Shown here: one piece after another, positions 7,827 to 14,197 of the stretch
Position numbering within the stretch: position 1 is the stretch's first letter
Layout: each line of letters starts with the position of its first letter
Origin: an uncultured Peptococcaceae bacterium
Lineage (GTDB): Bacteria; Bacillota; Desulfitobacteriia; Desulfitobacteriales; Desulfitobacteriaceae
DNA: 24,000 nucleotides
Reading direction: 5' to 3'
Assembly (NCBI GenBank): GCA_963529635.1
Contig: CAURZJ010000002.1
Location: 442,071-466,070, forward strand
Program-made: the position numbers and the translations under genes
Notes under the pieces: generated by a model
Database searches by the model: none
Told to the model about the DNA's origin: nothing
Seen by the model: only the letters and a program-made list of their open reading frames with translations

Positions 7827-7855
7827 ATTGTATAGGGTTTAAGCCGGGAAGTCAA
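7827..7855 (-). promoter_or_regulatory. SigA-type promoter driving the riboswitch transcript
   Basis: On the minus strand: TTGACT (7855-7850), a 17-nt spacer, then TACAAT (7832-7827). The predicted TSS is about 45 nt upstream of the aptamer. Confidence 0.6.
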
Positions 7856-8053
7856 AAGCGTTTTAGGTCATTTAGAGCGATTTGAGCGGGTATTTGACCA
7901 TTCTTAGAATTATGAGATTCACGATTAACATCGTAGCACACTCAATCTAATCCAATCTCAACCAATCGAAGACTTCAGTTCAGTTATCTTATATTTCCCG
8001 ACTCGAGTGCAGAAATGGATTTTAAAAAGGATGGTTTCCAAGGCAAGTAAAAA

Positions 8054-9397
8054 TTATACCGCTGATGATTTAACTTGCCGGGTCTCCCACCAGGTCTTAA
8101 ATACCCTCCAGCTGAAGAGCATATCTCCAAGTGTAAAAAGGAACCCGCCAAGAACTCTGATGATTAAATATGGACTAACGAGGGTCTTAACCTGTAGGAA
8201 GTCAATTCCTAAGACATGTCCCAAATAGGTTTGAAGAAAGCCGGCAGTGAGCAACGAAGTCCCCATAACGATGAGGCCAACGTTTAGATTAAGCACACCA
8301 ATAAGACCTAAGAGGTAAGCTTTTTTGTTTGGTTCATTTCCATCACTTAAAATGTAATAGGCTCCTGCCAATACCAAGAAACCTAGGGCCCCAAACAAGG
8401 CGAAGTGCGCATGCCCAGAAGTAATATACGTTCCATGAACATAGAGATTAATCCAGGGAACAGTCATAATAAATCCCAAGAAAGATGCTCCCACGATATG
8501 ATAAAACATACTACTTAGAATCAGCGAGGCTGTCAATTTTTCTCGTCGCCCCATCGGACGACGTTTTTTTAATCCCTTATAAGTCAATTGTGCAAGTAGA
8601 AATACCGGAATGACTTGAATTACACTAAACACTGTTCCGATAATCAGCCATACTGACGGATACCCAATCCAATAATAATGATGACCCGTGCCAAATAACC
8701 CACCTGAGACCGCCAAACCCGCCTCCAGGTATAGCCATTTTTCCATGTCTTTTTTTTCCGCTAAACCTGATACTACAAAGAAAGCCGCAACAAATCCACT
8801 CGTGGTAAGTTCAAACGCCATCTCTTCCCAGGCATGAACGACCCAGAATTTCACAGCTTCATCAGCCACGGGGTTCCGAATCTTAAGTACGTTTGGAACT
8901 AAAAGAATAAATAAAAAGATAAAACCTGTTGTCATTACCACAGAGGCAGGCGTAAGATATTTCTTTCCCTTCCAGAGCGTCCTGATCAAGTTATACGTCC
9001 CAAGCGCGATGGCTAAGGAAATTCCCGCATAGAAATAGGGTAATCCATCCAGATATTCTCTTCCATTTCCTATTCGTAAGGCTAAGGTTCCAAATAGCCC
9101 ACCAGAAGAGAGTAGCACAACGGCAAACTGCCACTTAGCGATTTTTAGAGAATAAATCTCTGATTTTAGCTCTCGAACTGTGAAATAGTAAACCATCCCC
9201 ATGGTACCAATAAGTGGCCAGAAGGTCGCAAAGGCCAGATGAATTGACCGTCCATATTCGTAAGGAATTGGAGACGGCAAATCTGGGATGATTAAGTCAC
9301 TCGCACCCAACAAGCCGACGATCCCCTGTACAAAAAACAAAAAGACGGCATAGAGGACGTACCAGCGTGCAATTTTATCTCCCTGAAACGTTTTCAT
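8054..9397 (-). CDS. norB: Nitric oxide reductase large subunit-like protein of the heme-copper oxidase superfamily (cNOR NorB type)
   Basis: A 12-TM protein carrying the six conserved His residues (SIHLAF, VVHAWEE, GTGHHYYW, SGHAHFALFG). The H-x3-E in VVHAWEE corresponds to the FeB Glu ligand pattern of cNOR. The gene order, with a cytochrome c subunit first, is typical of norCB. I placed the start at the ATG at 9397, which overlaps the norC stop as ATGA and follows GGAGGG. Confidence 0.7.
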   Translation of the reverse strand: MKTFQGDKIARWYVLYAVFLFFVQGIVGLLGASDLIIPDLPSPIPYEYGRSIHLAFATFWPLIGTMGMVYYFTVRELKSEIYSLKIAKWQFAVVLLSSGGLFGTLALRIGNGREYLDGLPYFYAGISLAIALGTYNLIRTLWKGKKYLTPASVVMTTGFIFLFILLVPNVLKIRNPVADEAVKFWVVHAWEEMAFELTTSGFVAAFFVVSGLAEKKDMEKWLYLEAGLAVSGGLFGTGHHYYWIGYPSVWLIIGTVFSVIQVIPVFLLAQLTYKGLKKRRPMGRREKLTASLILSSMFYHIVGASFLGFIMTVPWINLYVHGTYITSGHAHFALFGALGFLVLAGAYYILSDGNEPNKKAYLLGLIGVLNLNVGLIVMGTSLLTAGFLQTYLGHVLGIDFLQVKTLVSPYLIIRVLGGFLFTLGDMLFSWRVFKTWWETRQVKSSAV

Positions 9398-9810
9398 AAG
9401 CCCTCCCTGCCCTCCATATCTCTCGATTTCGGAGGCCATCCTAAGGTCGGGATTTTGTCGAGGTATTCAAGATAACTAATGAGGTACACAGCTTCCGTCC
9501 GTTTCAAACCGGGATGTTTATGCTTTTTATTGGGTGGATAGGCGGGTGGATTAAGAAAAAAGTCCACAAGATAGGCTGAATCTCTCTTCGTCGTGATATG
9601 CGTCAAGTCTTCACCGACATACCCCCCATTGCCAAATAAGGTGTGACAACTCACACAATTGTATTTTTGCCAAACTTCCTTGCCTAGTACGCTTTCCTTT
9701 CCCATGGGTTGTGGCAAGTGCCAAGAGACATAATTGGCCCAGCTAAACAGGCCAAAGAACAAGACACTAACGAAGATAAATATTTTTAGCCTCAACTGCA
9801 CCTCATCCAT
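9394..9810 (-). CDS. norC: Membrane-anchored monoheme cytochrome c (NorC-like small subunit)
   Basis: One N-terminal TM helix and a single CxxCH heme c site (NCVSCH). At 138 aa it is translationally coupled to the downstream norB-like gene. Confidence 0.65.
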   Translation of the reverse strand: MDEVQLRLKIFIFVSVLFFGLFSWANYVSWHLPQPMGKESVLGKEVWQKYNCVSCHTLFGNGGYVGEDLTHITTKRDSAYLVDFFLNPPAYPPNKKHKHPGLKRTEAVYLISYLEYLDKIPTLGWPPKSRDMEGREGL

Positions 9811-9973
9811 TTCTACTGATATCCTAAATTAACCTAGACTCATCCATCAACTTTTCTTTATTAGTATGAACCAAACGTTACAAAAGTAGTCTCTTTCCGA
9901 ATCTCCCAGGGTCTTTTGAGAACCCTCTATTGAACTCTTTGGAAAGCCCTTATAACTGCTTGTAACTCCTCTC

Positions 9974-10014
9974 GAAAAAAGAAGGGTACTTAGAAATCAC
10001 TCTAAGTACCCTTC
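9974..10014 (-). terminator. Rho-independent terminator after the glycerate kinase gene
   Basis: A perfect 14-bp stem, gaagggtacttaga / tctaagtacccttc, with a 6-nt loop. It is followed on the minus strand by ttttttc. Confidence 0.85.
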
Positions 10015-10047
10015 CCCTTTGTAATCGAATCATTTTACACAATTACT

Positions 10048-11190
10048 CTATTTCATTATTTCACTTCCCACTCGGAGTATACGAAAGGCACGTTCTGCGG
10101 CTTCTTGAGTAAGTTCATAAGCATTATCCATCGCCTCTTCTAGTGGCATCGGTCCATTCGCAATCGCAAGAATTGAACTTAGCCCATGCTGGTAAAGAGA
10201 TTCTGAGCCTGGCCCAATCGAACCAACAATCGCCATCGTGGGTTTCCCATACTTCTTCGCTCTTTTAGCTACGCCCATCGGGACTTTCCCATAGATGGAC
10301 TGCCCGTCGATTCGACCTTCTCCAGTGATGACAATATCTGCCTGTTCAAGCATCTTGTCAAAACCTACCGTATCAAGGATCGCTTCAATTCCGGTTTTTA
10401 GTTCTGCCCCAGTGAAGGCCATAAGTCCTGCGCCCAAGCCTCCGGCTGCTCCTGCTCCAGGCACATCGATCAGATCCATTCCGTGTTGCTCCTTAATCTT
10501 CTGCGCGAAATGCCTTAAATTCTGATCAAGGCGTTCTACCATATCTGGAGTGGCACCTTTCTGAGGCCCATAAATCGCTGAAGCCCCGCGAGGACCGCAC
10601 AAGGGATTGTCCACATCACACATGACCGTTATTTTTGTCGCTGCTAAACGAGGATCTAAGCCCGTTAAATCGATGGTTTCTAAGCGTTCAAGGCTACCTC
10701 CGCCAGGTCCCAGTTCCTGTCCTTCTTTGTCCAGAAGCCTCGCCCCGAGAGCTTGAGCCATTCCTGCTCCGCCATCGTTCGTTGCGCTCCCGCCGATTCC
10801 AATCACGATATGTTTTGCCCCCAAATCCATCGCCTTACGAATCAGTTCGCCAGTTCCCCAGGTAGTTGTTACCCAGGGGTTTCTTTTTTCCTTAGGAACG
10901 AGGGGTAGGCCAGAGGCTGAAGCCATCTCTAAGATAACCGTACCATCCGGTAACTGTCCAAGAATTGCTTCGATGGATTCGCCAATGGGGGAGGTGACCC
11001 TCATCGTTTGGGTTCGCCCTTTTCCAGCTTGAACAATCGCTTCGACCGTTCCTTCTCCTCCATCAGCCATAATAATTATGTCTGTCGTAGCCTCAGGGAA
11101 TACTCGCTTAATTCCCGCAGTAATGGCTTCCCCTGCCTTTTGACTGCTTAAACTTCCTTTAAAGGAATCTACGGCGATGAGAACATGCAT
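10048..11190 (-). CDS. glxK: Glycerate kinase
   Basis: MHVLIAVDSFKGSLSS is the family-typical N-terminus. Conserved blocks include ADGGEGT, GIGGSATNDGGAGM and ITGEGRIDGQS. The protein is full length at 380 aa. Confidence 0.9.
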   Translation of the reverse strand: MHVLIAVDSFKGSLSSQKAGEAITAGIKRVFPEATTDIIIMADGGEGTVEAIVQAGKGRTQTMRVTSPIGESIEAILGQLPDGTVILEMASASGLPLVPKEKRNPWVTTTWGTGELIRKAMDLGAKHIVIGIGGSATNDGGAGMAQALGARLLDKEGQELGPGGGSLERLETIDLTGLDPRLAATKITVMCDVDNPLCGPRGASAIYGPQKGATPDMVERLDQNLRHFAQKIKEQHGMDLIDVPGAGAAGGLGAGLMAFTGAELKTGIEAILDTVGFDKMLEQADIVITGEGRIDGQSIYGKVPMGVAKRAKKYGKPTMAIVGSIGPGSESLYQHGLSSILAIANGPMPLEEAMDNAYELTQEAAERAFRILRVGSEIMK

Positions 11191-11354
11191 CGAATCACCC
11201 TCTTCGTAATATTCGTATCCTTACCCTCACATGCTGACATTTTAAACAAAATTCTATTCGATTCACCATCGAATGGCAACTATTTTTCTCTAAACTTGTC
11301 TATACTAAGTTTGCCAAACCTTGGCCAATTCATCCTGTTAGTGGAGGACTAAAC

Positions 11355-12332
11355 ATGGCTTTTGAGTTTCTTAAAAAAGGGAATGCTTCATCAGGTATTG
11401 CAACTGTCGGAAATATTGGTCTAGCGATTATTAAATGGATTGCTGCCGTTATAAGTGGTAGTGGGGCAATGTTTGCAGAAGCCATGCATACTCTTGCCGA
11501 TGCTGTGAATCAAGGCTTCGTCTTCGCTGGAAGTATACTCGCAGAGCGAACACCCACTCGACGTTTTCCCAGTGGTTTTGGAAGACTTATCAACGTTTTC
11601 TGTATGATTGCGGTTATCGTTGTGACCATCATGGCCTATGAGACCATCTTAGAAGGCATCCATCTTATCCAGCATCCCATTCAAACCTCCAGTCTTTTCC
11701 TGACCTTAGCCATTCTCTTATTATCTATCGTCGTCGATGGTTATGTTCTCTTCAAAGCCTTCCGAGAAATAGCGAAAGAAACTCAAACGGAAACCCAAGG
11801 AAGGAACCTAATTGCCAACGCATTTCGCAATGTCGGCCGTGCTGCGCCCCCGACCAGGTTGGTATTTTATGAGGATTTAGTCGCCACTTCGGGCGCAACA
11901 CTGGCATTTTTAGCGATTCTAATTAGCCATTACTCTCCCTTTAAAATACTCGATGGAATTGCCGCCGTTATCATTGGATTGATGATGGGTGGAGCAGCCT
12001 TCAAGGTGGGCTATGATAATATGGTCGGACTTATAGGCGTCGCTGCACCACAAGAAGCCGAAGATAAAGTTGCCCAAATCATTCTTTCCGATCCTGATGT
12101 TCGCGATATAAATAAAATGCGAATTATTCAAGAAGGACGATTTTATCATGCCGAAAGTTATATCGAATTACGCTCAGGGCTGACCCTCGCTGATGCGGAT
12201 GATATTAAATTTCGAGTGCGTGATTCCTTACTTGCAAGCCCGGACATCTCCGATGTAACACTCGGAATCATCGAGGATAATGGAGTGATAGATTGGAATC
12301 CAGAAAATCCGCCCGATCAAATTCTCCATTAG
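11355..12332 (+). CDS. Cation diffusion facilitator (CDF) family transporter, atypical
   Basis: Six predicted TM helices plus a C-terminal cytoplasmic domain. TM2 carries HxxxD (AMHTLADAV). I see no canonical second HxxxD in the TM5 region, so the metal specificity is unclear. The RBS is GGAGGAC. Confidence 0.7.
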   Translation: MAFEFLKKGNASSGIATVGNIGLAIIKWIAAVISGSGAMFAEAMHTLADAVNQGFVFAGSILAERTPTRRFPSGFGRLINVFCMIAVIVVTIMAYETILEGIHLIQHPIQTSSLFLTLAILLLSIVVDGYVLFKAFREIAKETQTETQGRNLIANAFRNVGRAAPPTRLVFYEDLVATSGATLAFLAILISHYSPFKILDGIAAVIIGLMMGGAAFKVGYDNMVGLIGVAAPQEAEDKVAQIILSDPDVRDINKMRIIQEGRFYHAESYIELRSGLTLADADDIKFRVRDSLLASPDISDVTLGIIEDNGVIDWNPENPPDQILH

Positions 12333-12342
12333 TTTAGACCTA

Positions 12343-12639
12343 CTAACAACAACTATCGCTACTTCCAGAACAATCACAGCTCGGTTCTGTACCGGTCAGC
12401 CAACCCTTAATAATAGCTGATGCACAGCCCACACCAGGCTTAACCTCCAAGGCTTGAAACGGGCAATTTCTAACGCAGGCTCCACATTCCATACAGCGGT
12501 CCCTATCTGCAATCACTAAATTACGATCCGTCATTAAAAATACTTGATGCGGACAAACTTCGATACACTTACCACAGCCGGTACATTTTTCGGACTCAAA
12601 CCTTAAAATCGCGACATTTTTCAAATATAGAGGTCTCAT
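12343..12639 (-). CDS. hgcB: Mercury methylation ferredoxin HgcB
   Basis: Two 4Fe-4S motifs (CTGCGKCIEVCP and CMECGACVRNCP). The second contains the HgcB signature C(M/I)ECGAC. The C-terminus ends in the vicinal pair CC within a Cys-rich tail, CDCSGSSDSCC. The gene lies immediately downstream of hgcA. Confidence 0.9.
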   Translation of the reverse strand: MRPLYLKNVAILRFESEKCTGCGKCIEVCPHQVFLMTDRNLVIADRDRCMECGACVRNCPFQALEVKPGVGCASAIIKGWLTGTEPSCDCSGSSDSCC

Positions 12640-12671
12640 ATTTCTAACATCCTTCCTATAATCCTTCTATA

Positions 12672-13670
12672 CTAAATGAAACTATTGATTAAAATCAGAA
12701 CTCCCCCTAAGAATATGGAAATAATGATCGCAGGAACAGCCACTCGCATCTCTTTTAATACACCTGAAAAGGACGTAAAGGTCGAAGAACCTGTAAAATT
12801 CATAGCATAGTAGGCCGATACAGGAGGCAAAATCAGCAAATACCCTAATGCTCGCAGGAGACTATATTGAGGTGTAGCAGGCCATCCATTGAGTCCATTA
12901 ACAAGGAAAGCCCAGAGTAATCCTAAAAGCCATCCCTTCCAAGCAAAAGCCCTACCGGGAATCCAGGGCAACAGGATTGGGGTTAAGACACATCCTACGA
13001 TAATTGCACCTGCATAAGCGTAAAAATCAATAACACCGAAGGGCCCCATCCCAATAAGATTAAGTAAAAAGAGCATCCCAAAAACCATTAAGGAAACCTT
13101 ATACGTACTCACTAAATCCACTGGAGTCAAAACCATTCTATCATAAGCATTAAAATTGACGGTCCGCATCTCAGGCGTAGCTTTCATTCCTAAATTAAGA
13201 AACTCCTTAATATCCTTTGCCTTCACAGGCCCATAAATCACCTTGAAACCCGTGAACTTAGTAATCATATGTGCACTTACCCCCGGTGCGCCCAATTGGG
13301 GTAGAATGATGGTCTTATGAGATACAACCTTGGATAATTGAACGTTTGTTATACGGTTAAGTAGCTCTTGTGTACCGAAGGTTCCTTTTCCTGCAGCACA
13401 CCACACATTGACGCCCTTCGTATCAAGCGTTAGAATCCAGGCATTTATTCCCTTCAGTTCCTTCCTTAGCATATCAAAACTCAGTTTATAATTCGCACTT
13501 ACGAAGACTGGAGAATTGCTATCCGGTTTTCCCACACTATAAAGACCAGGCTCTACTTTAAAATTCATTCGGTCAATTCCCCAGCGAACCTTCCAGGCAC
13601 CCAGGATATCCTTAAAGGTCAATTCAGTTGACGTTGGTGTGATTATAATTTCCCTGTTTGTAATCTCCAT
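12672..13670 (-). CDS. hgcA: Mercury methylation corrinoid protein HgcA
   Basis: The cap-helix signature GVNVWCAAGKGTFG matches N(V/I)WCA(A/G)GK. An N-terminal corrinoid-binding (CFeSP-like) domain is followed by a C-terminal domain of about 5 TM helices. The RBS is GAAGGGGAG. Confidence 0.92.
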   Translation of the reverse strand: MEITNREIIITPTSTELTFKDILGAWKVRWGIDRMNFKVEPGLYSVGKPDSNSPVFVSANYKLSFDMLRKELKGINAWILTLDTKGVNVWCAAGKGTFGTQELLNRITNVQLSKVVSHKTIILPQLGAPGVSAHMITKFTGFKVIYGPVKAKDIKEFLNLGMKATPEMRTVNFNAYDRMVLTPVDLVSTYKVSLMVFGMLFLLNLIGMGPFGVIDFYAYAGAIIVGCVLTPILLPWIPGRAFAWKGWLLGLLWAFLVNGLNGWPATPQYSLLRALGYLLILPPVSAYYAMNFTGSSTFTSFSGVLKEMRVAVPAIIISIFLGGVLILINSFI

Positions 13671-13713
13671 AATACTCTCCCCTTCTTCCTGTCACATTCC
13701 GCCAGCAGCTTTG

Positions 13714-14004
13714 CTACTCGCCATCCTCATGCGGCTCAATCTCGGACAAAAATCTAGCCACCTCTTCGACAACCTTGCTATTATTTCGGTAATACATCCA
13801 TGCCCCCTCACGTCTACCCACAACGATTCCACATTCACACAAAATCTTCATATGATAGGACAAGGTGGGTTGGGTAATGTTAAAATTCTCAAGTAATTGG
13901 CAGGCGCACCTTTCGCCCTCCGAAAGTAACTCAACGATTTTAAGGCGCGTCTCATCGGCAAGGGCCTTAAAAATCAGAATATATTCAAGGTAGGTATACT
14001 CCAT
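13714..14004 (-). CDS. ArsR/SmtB family metalloregulator-type transcriptional repressor (hgcAB-associated)
   Basis: A winged-HTH ArsR pattern (FKALADETRLKIVELLSEGERCACQLLENFNITQPTLSYHMKIL) with the CxC metal-site motif. I moved the start to the ATG at 14004, which follows AGGAGA plus 7 nt. The gene ends 43 nt upstream of hgcA on the same strand. Confidence 0.85.
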   Translation of the reverse strand: MEYTYLEYILIFKALADETRLKIVELLSEGERCACQLLENFNITQPTLSYHMKILCECGIVVGRREGAWMYYRNNSKVVEEVARFLSEIEPHEDGE

Positions 14005-14050
14005 GAAAATCTCTCCTATCGTCATCATATTTATAATTATCTATATGCTA

Positions 14051-14079
14051 ATTATATTCATTATATAGATGATTGTCTA
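14051..14079 (-). promoter_or_regulatory. Near-consensus SigA promoter of the arsR-hgcA-hgcB operon
   Basis: On the minus strand: TAGACA (14079-14074), a 17-nt spacer, then TATAAT (14056-14051). It lies about 47 nt upstream of the arsR ATG. Confidence 0.6.
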
Positions 14080-14094
14080 TATAATGAATATAAT
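14051..14094. promoter_or_regulatory. Putative operator, a perfect 17-bp inverted repeat overlapping the promoter
   Basis: attatattcattatata (14051-14067) and tatataatgaatataat (14078-14094) are exact reverse complements separated by 10 bp. The left arm covers the -10 hexamer and the right arm abuts and overlaps the -35 hexamer. The TATTCA/TGAATA cores resemble ArsR/SmtB-type operators. Confidence 0.55.
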
Positions 14095-14153
14095 GAATGT
14101 ATTTGATTATGTATTTCGATTAAATATTGAAACAAAATATTAAAACTTTTCCA

Positions 14154-14183
14154 TAAAAAAGCTGCAACTAAAAAGCTGCAGCT
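14154..14183 (-). terminator. Rho-independent terminator after the CWB2-VanW gene
   Basis: On the minus strand: AGCTGCA-gctttttagt-TGCAGCT followed by tttttta. It lies 15 nt after the stop at 14198. Confidence 0.6.
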
Positions 14184-14197
14184 GGATGAAACAATAA

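Noticed and set aside
8007-8228. A 73-aa + strand ORF overlapping the norB 3' end
   Set aside because: It is antisense to a strongly supported 12-TM CDS and has no RBS or motifs.
9398-9439. The upstream ATG at 9439 as the norB start (adds MASEIERYGGQGGL)
   Set aside because: It would overlap norC by 46 nt and has no SD. The ATG at 9397 is coupled to the norC stop (ATGA) and preceded by GGAGGG.
11191-11354. A possible NiCo/czcD-type riboswitch or other leader RNA upstream of the CDF transporter
   Set aside because: I could find no conserved riboswitch blocks or terminator/antiterminator pair. Only a short palindrome is present, and I report it separately at low interest.
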